Origin: Priapulus caudatus
Taxonomy: Eukaryota
Reading direction: 5' to 3'
DNA length: 27,494 nucleotides
NCBI RefSeq assembly: GCF_000485595.1
Contig: NW_014577061.1
Coordinates: 1,702,013-1,729,506 of the forward strand
The notes beneath the pieces are model-generated. The model searched no databases. It saw only the letters and a list, made by a program, of their open reading frames with translations, and had not been told where the DNA came from. A program made the translations under genes and the position numbers. Each line of letters begins with the position of its first letter. Position 1 is the first letter of the stretch. Below, one piece after another: positions 10,443-22,383 of the stretch.

Positions 10443-11383
10443 GTGAGTTTATCACACACCCTGCACACCATCTATGCGCAATTTAATAACATTTTTCGCT
10501 GACGTTGTTAATTGTAATGAGAATGCTGTGGGGGCGAGGCTGTGTGACAGGAGGCGTGTCACCTACTATAGGGGATGCTTAACTATTATAGCTCTCTTAT
10601 AACAGCCTAGCCTTCATTAGTTAACTGCCAGAGGCCACATTGTTTTTTATGTGGCGCCATGTACAGATAAAAGATAAATTCTGACATTCGTTAAATCGTT
10701 CTGATTTCGTATTTAGGTAAAGTAAGTACGGCGAAAAATAGATAAGCTTGATAGAATGTAGCCTTGTCTATACTTTCATAATTTTTTTTATATTTGATAC
10801 TTCTTGTTGATATCATAATATCAAGAACCCATAAACTAGTTCATGAGCGCTTGCTAGTATATACAATAGGGGGTGATGCGATTCTAGGATTGAAGGCAAT
10901 GTTAATATCGCGTCCAAGGTTCATGGCAGCGGATAAATGAGTTGATAGCACGATAAATTATTGAAACTCAAAAGTAAACACACGTAACGCAACGTCTTTT
11001 GAGAAAAAAAAATAGTAAAAGCGTTGCTTGCGTACGAAAAAAAAAGTTTTAATAAACCCATTCATATATTTAACACGCAAAACAAGATGCGAGGAGACCA
11101 GTTTTCTTTCCACGCTGAACCACATTGCTCAGCGTGTGTTGCGAGTGTGCGCCCGCAGGGCCTGTGGGCTGCACCGTCCGAGCAGCGTCGCGTGTAAAAG
11201 ATCACTCGCTCCAGTTTTGAAATGGAGATGGATGAGGACGGCAGGCGCGACTGGAAAGCTCGTGCGTGACACGCGGCGATTTTAGCAGTACGCTGTAATC
11301 GTTACGGCAGGCTCGCTCAGCGATCCGTCACTCGCAGGTATTGCCGTACATCGCGACAACTGTCGCCGCTACGCCGCACGTAC

Positions 11384-11445
11384 CTGCTGTTGTTGTTGCG
11401 GCGGCGCGGGAGATACTGCCCACGCCCGTGATGCGGTGCATTACG
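11384..11445 (-). other. candidate minus-strand exon (62 nt)
   Basis: On the minus strand a long CT tract ends in ttcctctcag (acceptor), and the exon ends CAG|gtacgt (donor). Confidence 0.3.
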
Positions 11446-11448
11446 CTG

Positions 11449-11454
11449 AGAGGA

Positions 11455-11500
<46 letters not shown>

Positions 11501-11566
11501 GAGAGAGAGACAGAGACAGAGACAGAGACAGAGACAAGAGACAGAGACAGAACAGAGACTGAGACA

Positions 11567-11603
<37 letters not shown>

Positions 11604-11850
11604 GAGAAGAGAGAGACGAGAGAGGAGAGAGCGACAGAGAGACAGATAGAGACAGAGAGACAGAGAGAGCAGAGACAGAAGAGCGGAGAGCGAGAGCGAG
11701 AGCGAGAGCGAGAGCGAGAGCGAGAGCGAGCGAGCGGAGAGAAGAGAGAGAAGAGAGAGAAAGAGAGAGAGAGAGAGACGAGAGAGAGAGAGAAGAGACG
11801 AGCAAGATTGGGGTGGGGAGAGAGAGGGCTGGGGACGGAGAGAGAGTAGA
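11449..11850. repeat. long compound polypurine repeat: (GA)n, (GACAGA)n, (GCGAGA)n
   Basis: Directly visible. Confidence 0.95.
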
Positions 11851-11979
11851 GACGAGGATGACGGAACAGATGAGTGTGTGTGGTGTCGGGAGAGAGAGCC
11901 GCTGACCAGTTTGTCTTCGGCCTGATTGGGCAATCGCTACGAAATCGCCAGCGGCGCCGACTAGCGTCTGCTGTTTGCT

Positions 11980-11980
11980 G

Positions 11981-12055
<75 letters not shown>
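11980..12055. repeat. (CG)8 joined directly to a pure (GA)~30 run
   Basis: Directly visible. Confidence 0.95.
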
Positions 12056-12057
<2 letters not shown>

Positions 12058-13692
12058 CCTCAATGGCTGTCGTCGTCGGCGTGACGACAACGCCCCGCGG
12101 ACGCGCACGTATATCGGCCGCGTGCGACCAGACGCCGGCGTCGCGCGCGATTATTCGAGCTCACGTTACCTCTGCCGAAACACTACTCGCCATTGATTAA
12201 GCCTTCAAAATAACCTTCTCTCCTCCCCTCGCCCTTACGCCCGCGCTCGCGGCAATGCTTCGTAATTGTGATGAGGTAAAACGAAAACCGAAAATAACTG
12301 TCACGAGTCGGAACTTTTTAACTTGGCGTCGGCGGCAGCGTTTAAATCGCGTACGCGTCTACGCGGGTCACCTACACGTTATGTATACCATCTTATCGCG
12401 ACCGACTACAACGAAAGGCGAAGGGGGGCGCGTGCGGTCCACTGGTATATAATGCCGGACTGGCATGCGCAGCTTGTGGCTGAGCGTGCATACAAGCGTA
12501 TAGTGACCGCTGCCGCCTGCGTTTTTCAGGCTGGCATACAAACGGTGTCACTTACCAGGAAACCGGTGCCTCTCCGGCCCCGCTTGTTTTCATAGGATAG
12601 GCTGGCCAGTTGCGCCGAATGTGGCCAGAGCAAATAAACAGCTGTGACCAAAGAGTCGCTCGTTCTCGCAGTGGGTCAAGCAAAAGTGCTAAACCGAGCC
12701 GTAGTAAACAAGTGGGCAGTCGCCTCGGAATTACGCGCGTACGTAGTCAGTCGTTCTCGTTAGCTCTCTATATTTATGTGTCTGAGCGAGCGTGGCTAGA
12801 AACTACTGTAATGGCGGCGCACTCGATGACGAAATTTCTTCGTCAGCAACAGCAAAACTCTCGAATAATATATTATATACATTATGCGTAAACGGAATGC
12901 AGCGCATAGTTTCATTCGCGAGGGGATATAATTTATCGGTGCACTCGTGTGATGGTTAATTACCCTACATATTACCTCCATCGGTAGATAATTAACCGAT
13001 GGCATGTTTAATTAGATACACGCGTTAACGTGACATTTTTGATTGTGACGGTGCCCGGTTAGTAATTCTGCTGGTATTGAAATAAATAGCCGTACCTAAG
13101 GAGGTGTGTGCATGCATGTGGCTGCGTGCTGTCACCACCGCCGGTTGGCTTGCAGAGAATATAATGGACGATGATCTAACAGTGGGGTGCCCACCGCTCT
13201 TGGCCAGGATTTTCTTGAGCTGTGGTGACATCGTGCGCAGTTGTTTATTGTGAGAAATCATTTGGTCTCTACGTAGGCATGCTAAGAGTAGCCAAGTATA
13301 GAGCCGCGCGCGTGTATATATGTGACTGTGTGCGTGTCGAGTGTGTGTGCGTACACCCCTAGTGTCGGGCATTACTTGCTTCTGGCCAGCGATTGGCTAG
13401 CTGAGAAAAATCAATAGACTGTCTATATTACCCCTGCAGTGTAAAATGGGTTCCAGTAATGGCCTCAACCGCGGCCAAGTGTAGCCGGCCGTAATTGAAA
13501 AAGCTGGAGCGGTAATTATGCGCATTTCAGAGTTGCCTGAAAAAAGTGCCAAATTGGGCAAGAAAAGCCTGTTTCCATAGAGATCACAGGGACACGTGTC
13601 ATTAGCTCGGGTAGGACTACGGCCGGCAAGGGCGAGATTCTATACACGCTGTAAGCCAGCCACCGCGCGCGTCGTGCGTGCGTACGCAGCGT

Positions 13693-13760
13693 AGAGAGCG
13701 AGAGAGGGAGGGAGAGAGAGAGAGAGACACACAGAGAGAGGGAGAGAGAGACAGAGAGAG
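13693..13760. repeat. (GA)-rich tract
   Basis: Directly visible. Confidence 0.9.
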
Positions 13761-13857
13761 CGTCGCACAAACTGGGGCTGACGAACAGTGTAACAATGAA
13801 CTGCGCTGACACATCGGGCCGCCGAAAACACGCGCCGTCACCTGCGTAAAAGACGGG

Positions 13858-13898
13858 ATGTCATTTGACTACGCTGATTACAACAGCAGCAGCAGCAG
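13858..13898 (+). other. candidate exon end, possibly carrying a start codon (MSFDYADYNSSSS)
   Basis: Perfect donor CAG|gtgagt after 13898. The ATG at 13858 has a purine at -3 and an in-frame upstream stop at 13807. Confidence 0.35.
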
Positions 13899-13964
13899 GT
13901 GAGTACGTGCTAGTTATCGCATGATAGCGCTGCATGCACCCGTCCGATGCGTTGCCTTGCCCCC

Positions 13965-14136
13965 CTCTCACACACTCAGACACATACTGTTTCTCTCGCT
14001 CCCTCTCCTTCTTTCTCGGTGTGTCTCTCTCTCTCTCTCTCTTCCTCTCTCCCTCTCTTCCCCTCTCTATTTCTCTCTTTCTCCCATTCTCTTTCCGTCT
14101 TTCCCCCTCTTTCTCTCACGCTCGCGCACATGCTCG

Positions 14137-14168
<32 letters not shown>

Positions 14169-14210
14169 GTGTGTCTCTCCCACCCCCTCTCTCTGTCTCT
14201 CTATCTCACT
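13965..14210. repeat. (CT)-rich tract
   Basis: Directly visible. Confidence 0.9.
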
Positions 14211-14312
14211 GGCATGAAGAGGCAGGCAGGCCGCCCGGCTGCCGTGCTGTGCCTAATAACTAGCGTGCGTTCATCCACTGGCCACCGCGCCCTGGCCCGT
14301 GTTTTTTTATAG

Positions 14313-14388
14313 ATCACGCGAAACATGATCCCCGAGGGCGCTTTGAAAAAATCCGGGCTGCAGCTGAGCCCAGGGGGCTGACTGAGCG
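14313..14388 (+). other. candidate exon (76 nt)
   Basis: Acceptor gtttttttatag and donor GCG|gtgagt. Splicing from 13898 ends the ATG13858 frame a few codons later (...SRSRET*). Confidence 0.3.
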
Positions 14389-17300
14389 GTGAGTAATGGT
14401 CATCTTCTTCCTGTTTTCAAATGGAGGAGGCTTGCCGCTGTGTCCACACAGGTCGCCGCGCGCGCTCTCTGTTTTGCCTCAAGATCGGCCTACACCGCCA
14501 GTCCGCCTGCTGGCATCGACTGGCTACGGCTGCACGCGCAGTGTAGCGCACCAAAAAATTTTGGCGCGTTTTTTGTTAGGATAATTGTAGTGATGCCGAT
14601 GGTAATGAGGATGGGACCGGACTGACTGTGTTATTATCATGTGTATACTTTGCCCAACTCGCCATTATAGGCACTTTAGATACGTACGTCCAGCGGTGCA
14701 ACTTTATGATTTGTCAGCTGGAACCTTACCCTGGGTAGGTATAGATAACCACGTTCTCGGGCATGTGTGTGCGTGTGCGTGCGTGCATGTGTGTGCGCAT
14801 GCGCCCACGTGCTCAGGCATATTGTATGGATACATGCAATGCAAAATAATCTGCCACGCCTAATTATATTGCTTGTTCTGATTGGTTGCGCGATAGCGTT
14901 GGCGCCTAGTGTATTTCTTCCCATTAGCTGACGTCAGCAGTCATCTTTTGATCGAGAATATCGTATTTGGGCTACTCGGCATCCAGCAGATCTCTGTGTA
15001 GGGGGAGTTATTTCCGCTAATATTAGCACACCGTGGATATTTTAATAACCTGGTACTACCGTAACTATATATAAATAACTGTTATTCGATTTATTTTGAT
15101 TCACCTATCAAGTTGTTAATGATCAATTCCTAGTTAATCATTCAGGGAGGGAAATAGAATAACGGTCTTGCTTTTTTACTGGGTCTTTGAGTGTTTTGCT
15201 GACAAGGTTGTTAGCTGTGTAGGGATGGCGTAATTCACAGCAGCGCGTTTTTGTTTTCACCGTTTTCACGCTGCGCACAAATGACGTATTGTTACTAATA
15301 ATATTAGCTTTTCTGTTGTTCTGCTGTAAGTCTGTAACAACTGATTTTCGGTCGACCTTCGAACGTTCTCGTATTTTCCCAGCCATAGCTGGCGTATTTA
15401 TTACAGTAGGCGTAAGACTAACATGTCTTATAACACACGTACACCCTTTCCTTTGTCGCATGCAATATGCAACGATTGCGATGTTATTTGTTGGCTTCTT
15501 GTTGACGCGGTTACGTGATTATGTCACTTGTTTCTTACAAGACCCTGTCCCTACACTTTGTTAATGATAACTTGCATAACGTAATAGAGATGCAGTGAGA
15601 ATTTAGAACCACTTATATCACTCAGTCACATACAATAAGAGTAATCTTTATCTGGTGGCGCCAACGACAACTAAGACAGTTGTGGCTGCGTAAATTGCTA
15701 TTCTATATACCATGACAGCACGAACCCGTAGTACTTTTTATACCGGAGTAATCAGTCTGCTAATAGATGAAACCCAATTTGTCTACGTGGTTTTATTTTT
15801 CGATTTATTTGAGGGATAATCATTTCAAATAAATGTACTTGAACTTGTATTAAAAACTGGTTAAAATATTTACCCATCTCAGGCTATGAACGCCCTGTCT
15901 ATACAGCGTATGCATATATATATATAGCAATAACGGCGGCGGCAGCGGCGCGGAAATGTAAGAAACGTCAGCCGGGCGATGTGCATTACTGTGCCCGTGC
16001 GTTTATTTGTACTGGCTATAACCCTTGGACCGCGGGTGACCAGTGGTTGAGGTCGTACAGTAGGTGACCACCCGTGGCACACTGCGAAGCGGAGTGACGT
16101 CACGTGAGCTCGTGTTTGCTAATAAGCCATTGTCTTTCGGCGCTGCTAGCGATCGGAGCCGTATTATCTGCCGTGATATCTGCTCACCGTGTGCATCAGC
16201 GATAATCGGGCGTTCGTTGTTTGCAAGTACGGATCTTGCAACGAGAAAGATGTGTGCCGATTAGCTCTCAAGGTTGTACATGTACCCTGCACACGCAGCT
16301 GGCCTAAGGTCGTAAAGTTCTGTGGGATCGGCCGCAGTCACTCGAGGTGATAATGGTACAACTCGTATGCATTTTGTAGTCATCGAAGCCCTTATTCGTG
16401 AGTGTCAACATAAACTCTTTGGCGTTCCTCGAAGAACCTTATCTAATCAAACTGCGTTCGTGGCATTGGGGATGGATACTATTTTCCTATCCCCGATAGC
16501 AGCACGTTTCCTTACTGCGTAACAGACCAGTTCTTTGCGGACTTGTGCACGGGAAACGTAAGGCTGGGTAACATATGCGGGGTTAGTGTTAGGTGAACAG
16601 GTGTGGTCATGCGAAACCACGGTAACATGGGTTTGCCCGTCGTAGCACAACATGGGATGGGATGTGAAACTATTAAAAATAATGCATTTCTATGTTATTT
16701 TTATGCATCTAATTACTGCATGGAAGTTTGCTATATTCGATGCAAGTATATCGATAATTAAGATCTACCATAAAGCCTACTTCTCGTGCCATTAAACGAT
16801 ATACATTCTCACTAAATAAACGCCTGATCTATCACACAATGGGAAGAATAGGTGTTCCGCCACACCCACACTAGCACTTTATTAGGGCTATTGAATCGAT
16901 TGTGTTAAAATAACCTCCGAGCTGCTGGTATGGTATCGTATTTTATGGATGTTTATCTTGGCGGGTATGCACATAGGCAAAGGAGACCCAAGTGAGACAA
17001 AATGGCTAGGGGGGTCAGGAATTGCAAATCAAGGGAAGAGACATTTTATATGTCACACGAGGTCAGTACACTCTGCGAACGCTGCATATAATGAGGAGCG
17101 GTGTTTGTGGGCACCGTGGTTAATTTCTGCCGTAAAGTATTAATGTGGTTAGGCGAGCATACGGTAAAGTCATACCCTGAAAATATTGTGATGGTATTTC
17201 CAGCAAAACTACCGAGAGAAGTGAGTAAATCTACACAAGGGATAAAGACCTTGCACGAGGAATGCGTTTTGGTGCGGAGGCGCTACACGCGGTGTTGAAG

Positions 17301-19360
17301 GAAATGTTAAAAACTAGTTCAGGATATGCTGGTTCTTTATCTAACAGGCGAGTGTGGCCTTGGTCGCTGTGATAGGGGATTGCAACCTATTCAGTGATAC
17401 GGGCTGCGAACGTAAGTGCTGGACATGTCCGGGTATCGTGAGGTTCCAGCTTTATGACTGTCAGTATTTTTTTAACTCGTGGCAATGGTATAAGTTGGCA
17501 TCGAGGTGACACCAGGGTGCGATCTACACTAATCCAGAACAGCTATGAGCAGGCAGCTATAAGTACGGCAAAAGTGGGCTGCGTACGTGGGAAACTTTTT
17601 TAGAGTTAATGAATTTTATGACTTACGTTTGGTATTGGTAGCTGCTGTATTTCTGTAGGCGTATAGTTAAGATTAGGTCCATTTTTATTCATTATTATTA
17701 TTATCAGTTTATAAGGTTTATGTCAAAATCTTGAAAAGTCATGTTCACATAAAAATTCACTGTTGGGTGACAATTGAGCAGTAGGGTGTCTGTGTGAAAA
17801 TTGGAAGTGAACTCTTTTTTACAAAAATCTGTACTGTTTCTTACAAAACTGTTTAAAAACATTGTCTGATATTCCATACAATTGATACGAACTGAATCGA
17901 GCTATAATCTGTTGATGAGCCGTGATCTTTTACTTCTGTTTAAAATGACCGTACATCATCCATGATTGGCGAATTATTCGGACGTTGGCTGTAACGTTCG
18001 TAGTCAGATCAACAGCCAGCTCAGCCTTTTACAGCCGTCATCAACGATTATGTTGTGTGGTTTGCCGTAGAAAGAAATCGCATGTGTTTCTCACACGAGA
18101 GCGTTGTTCGCTGATGAAAATGCGTAGTCAACAGGCAAGCCGACATGCTCACATGTCAACAGGGCTCACAGCACTGTGATCACTAGACTGCTTTCAAGAA
18201 TATCAGTGACAGAATACTCTGTGTGATGTTTACGAACTCATATTACAAAAAAAAACCTGCCCCCAGACCTTCTCCTAAGCCACTGATTTGTAATGAGTAC
18301 ACCGACTAGAGGTAACTGCGAGACAACACCCAGGTCTGACGCATACGCAGCAAGTCTACTCGGCCGACACAAACAACTATCTATAATCAGCACGCAACAG
18401 TAGGCTTCCGTGAATTATTCAACGTTTCACTAATTCGTGTCCGGTAAGGGGCTTCTCCACAACTTGATTACTGTAACATTCGGCACCAGAGCGCACTAAT
18501 CTTCGTTATGAACGTAAGGTAGATAACCTATAGACGTCTGGAAAATATGAAAATTGAAATTTAGATTGGTCTTGTCGAGAAATTTCGCTATTCTATCAAG
18601 TGACGTAGCTATCTATGGTCACAGGTCCGCTGCGTTTATGTCTGAAACGGGCGGGGGATCCGACAACTTGCTGGGAATTAGCCTGATGTAGCTGGCAAAA
18701 GTTTCGAGTGAAGTCTGGTTCTTAAATCTGTGGTTATTCCGCATGAATAAAGTGTATGTTGTGTATGCTTCGAAACTCACGAAGTCTTTTTAATTAAATT
18801 TTGTGTCATGCTTATTCGGGCCTGCTGATTATGGATTACTATTATACTTATGCTGCTACTGTTGCAGAACACCTGTAGCCTATCGTGTGCAGTCGCGATG
18901 TCACAGTTGCACTAGAACGCTTTCATAATAGCAACGAGCAAGCTGACGAGCAAGTCACCATATGAATAGAACAAAGCGGAGGCATGCAATAATATTACTC
19001 TTAGGCATTACGCTGCATCTGTAACTGTGCTTCGTGAATGAGAAGGTCGCATCTGGTAATGCCTAAATAACGGCGAATTGAAAAGAAGCACCGGATTTGA
19101 AATTGCAGTAAAACGAGAGAGAAAGAAACAGAAAAAAACGGAACTCGTTGTCGCTGCAAGCATCACAGTGTGAAATCACAAGAGTAGAAACTTAACTTGT
19201 CGAAATACTCGCCCCATATTGGCTGCCGCCACGCACAAGAGTCAATATTCCCCATGCACATCATACGTAGTTAACGGTTAGTACATTTACGAATAATTGC
19301 ATAACATGCTTTTATAATAGGTTTTAAAACCATATGATGTGTTGTTTCGCGTGGTATAAA

Positions 19361-19394
19361 CACGCGCGCACACGCGCGCACACGCACACGCACG

Positions 19395-19459
<65 letters not shown>
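19361..19459. repeat. (CA)n/(CG) microsatellite
   Basis: Directly visible. Confidence 0.95.
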
Positions 19460-19461
<2 letters not shown>

Positions 19462-19577
19462 ACATTGTCGTGTGTCTTTCCGTTATGATCACACTTTGTT
19501 ATAGGAAACGTCTCGTGTTAACAGCCTTGTGCCGCACGTGTGAATAAGTATAGCACGAATGATGTGGATACATTATA

Positions 19578-19625
19578 TCAGGAGTAGATAATAGGGAACA
19601 CCTATTCCCTATTATCTACTTCTGA
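19578..19625. mobile_element. 48-bp hairpin insertion with TSD
   Basis: 21-bp arms with one mismatch and a 6-nt loop, flanked by exact ttata / ttata. Confidence 0.7.
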
Positions 19626-20194
19626 TTATACACAATTAGGTAATTACAGATAGAAGCAGGCGCAATGCCCTGGGCACATGAGCGTAAAAAGGTAATGTTG
19701 CATTATTTTGTTACCTATCGATTGCCAATTAATCCCGCACTGCTGATGGCGGAACTAACGGACCTGTGGCCGGGGATTTTGTTTACGTGTAGTGTCGTTT
19801 CGCGTTGATGCTGCTGTTGGCCTCGGCGCTTAGAAGAGCGATCGTAAAAAGGTTGTCATGACAGTGCGTGGGCGCGCACGTGCACCTCGACTGCTTGCTC
19901 GCTGCTCAAAAAGCTGGTGTGTTATTGTCAGATTGATTGCGCAGCGGTCGGGGTGTAAACACATTATACGCACGTCCGCTCCCCCCGCCACGCGCCTTCA
20001 TCGTTGCACAGGGTAAAGGTAAACGCGTTGGGGATGGAGTGAGTAGTCACGCTCGTCACGTACAGGTGTGAATCCGGCGACAGATCTCTGCCCACCTTGG
20101 CTCTCAGCTTGTGATGTGTGTGTGCTCGCTCGTGCATTCACTCGGCCCTGTAGTGCGGCGGCGCGCGCAGGTGTGATCGCGCGCTGTGTATAGA

Positions 20195-20238
20195 TAGCTA
20201 GCTAATACTAATAACTAATACTAATAGCTAATAACTAT
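20195..20238. repeat. (CTAATA)-like short repeat
   Basis: ctaatactaataactaatactaatagctaataacta. Confidence 0.85.
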
Positions 20239-20377
20239 ACGGTTATCCTGCACCAGGTGTAAAACAGCATGAGAGTCAAGTATGAGTTGCGCACACAGAC
20301 CGGTGACGCATCATCGTTGACAGGTAGTTCGCGCACATAATGATAATAATCGCCGATAAATTCTCAGGCCAAGCTTC

Positions 20378-20553
20378 TGTGTGTGTGCGTGTGTGCGCGC
20401 GCGCGCGCGTGTGTGTGTGTGCGTGTGTTTGTGCGCGCGCGCGTGTGTGTGTGTTTGTGCGTGTGCGTGTGCGTGCGCGTGCGCGTGTGCGTGTGCGTGT
20501 GCGCGTGTGTGTGTGCGCGCGCGCGCATGTGTATGCATGCGTGTGTGCGCGCG
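20378..20553. repeat. (TG)/(CG) compound microsatellite
   Basis: Directly visible, ~175 bp of nearly continuous purine-pyrimidine alternation. Confidence 0.95.
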
Positions 20554-21135
20554 TATTTTATAATCGATATATAGTATTTTATATGCTGCTCTACGCGTCG
20601 CGAGGGGAGGGTTCTCAGCTCACCTCACAGCTAGCGTCTCCTATTGAGCAGAAGTAAAGGAACGGGGAGAGAGCCTGCCTGCCTGCATGACCGATGCGCT
20701 ACGTGCCCGTTGGTCGATCCTATCTGCTGGCAGACGCGCTGCAACGACATGTTGCGGTGTTTATTGCCACACGATGTTTATCCTGCGAAAGTCCGCTCGG
20801 TCGCTGGGAGTGATTGAACCACTGCCTGCCGTCGTAACGCCAGCCAGTTCTTTATTTAAAAAACAAGCAGATGTTGTTACTTAGCCGGGGTCAGGATAGT
20901 TGAGCCCTATACGTACGAATAGAGGAGGCTGTGCGCGGAGTGTCAGCCACCGCGGCTACGGCTTACTGGTCATCTGCATGCTCGCCACTATTGCGCGTTG
21001 ATCAATGACGACGTGAAATATTTACGTGCGCGTGTGTGGCTTAGGTGTGCATGAGTGCAGCATGTGTGCACTTATAGCCTAGGTATACATGCTCGCGATG
21101 CAACTGTGCTCTGAATGTTCACGCCTTTTTTCATG

Positions 21136-21254
21136 TTTTCATTGAATAGAATCACAAGGTCAGCGATTGTTTTAACTATCAATTTCGATTATAGTAATTA
21201 TCGGTGATGTTTTTTTTTATTCATACATGAAACACGTGATACTAGCATCCTATA

Positions 21255-21312
<58 letters not shown>

Positions 21313-21388
21313 ATTTAATTACAATAATCACAATTAATAGTTCTAGATTAAAACAATGGCTGACCTTGTGATTTCTGTTCAATAAAAA
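21136..21388. mobile_element. fold-back/MITE-like element with ~75-bp imperfect inverted arms around a (TA)n core
   Basis: attgaatagaatcacaaggtcagcgattgttttaa...gtgat (21136-21208) is the reverse complement of atcac...ttaaaacaatggctgaccttgtgatttctgttcaat (21308-21388). (TA)n spans 21251-21309. Confidence 0.7.
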
Positions 21389-21494
21389 TATAAATATATA
21401 AAGTATATTATTAAATATATATTATAATATATATTATATATATATATTATATATATACATACACATATAGGTATATACATATATATTTATTCAT

Positions 21495-21718
21495 TTATTA
21501 CCTCCGCGCAACGGAGGTCATATAATCGTCTCGTGTGTGTGTTCGTGTGTGTGTTCGTGTGTGTGTGTAGCGTTGGCGCGATCGATTCAGCACCAGCTCG
21601 CCTTAGGGCGTTTCAGTCAGCACAGCAGCCAGCGAGCCAAAGCTTGTTTATACACATGTATTACATGTTACACGGCTCGCGGAAGTATGCACTCTCCGTG
21701 AGTGCCCTCTGTCTAGTT
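21495..21718 (+). mobile_element. non-autonomous Helentron (HINE/DINE-1/pearl-like)
   Basis: 5' subTIR tacctccgcg is followed by the inverted cggaggt and a (GT)-rich microsatellite. The 3' end has subTIR cgcggaagta (21678-21687), hairpin gcactc-tccgt-gagtgc and terminal ctagtt. Inserted in a T run. Confidence 0.8.
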
Positions 21719-22341
21719 TGTACTTGTAACACATCATACTAGCATCCTATATATATATATATATATAGGCTGTGCTAGTGCTGCTCTGTCGGTGTGGTCT
21801 CATGCTGTTATGTGTTAGGATGGGTGTGATGTAACTGTAGCTGCATCCAGCTGTGACATTCGGAAACCCACCCGTAGTTGCAATTGCAGTTAGTTACATT
21901 GCATGATTAACATTATATTTTAACTTTGCGTTATTTCTAATGTCACCATGTGAGAATGTTTTCTTATTGTATTAGTATACAGACAGATTATTCGATTTCG
22001 TCACTATCCCAAAACAGTATTAAAGTCAGCAGGAAGAAATACATTTAGGGCCTATGTGGAACTGCTCCTGCCTCTCCCGTGTTAAATTATTCACCCAAAA
22101 TAGATTGCTAGTAATCGGTTTTTGTGATTAATTACTGAAATTGATCGCCCGCTGAACCTAATTGCGACATTCGCATTTATTTACGCCGTTTCTCTTCTTT
22201 CACCATGTATAGACTTGCTCCTGTAAAGACAGTACCTCTTGTATTAGATCATATAAGCACATAACAATATGGCATGATGTGCACTTTTGGATAGAATTGT
22301 GAAACCTCGCGTGAAATCCTGAAGATTTTCTGATATAGTGC

Positions 22342-22368
22342 CTAGGGTCCCTATATATAAGGACTCTA
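22342..22368. mobile_element. 27-bp palindromic insertion with exact 7-bp TSD
   Basis: atagtgc [ctagggtccctatatataaggactcta] atagtgc. Confidence 0.65.
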
Positions 22369-22383
22369 ATAGTGCTTATTGAA

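Noticed and set aside
11317..12200. Long ORFs (263, 201, 137 aa and others) and similar SL/RE/CV/HT-rich ORFs at 3.5, 6.3, 13.9, 20.3 and 23.6 kb
   Set aside because: They are translations of microsatellites that lack stop codons, with no domain content.
16540..16685. Possible SINE 3' end
   Set aside because: Only a vague resemblance, with no identifiable head, TSD or second copy in the window.
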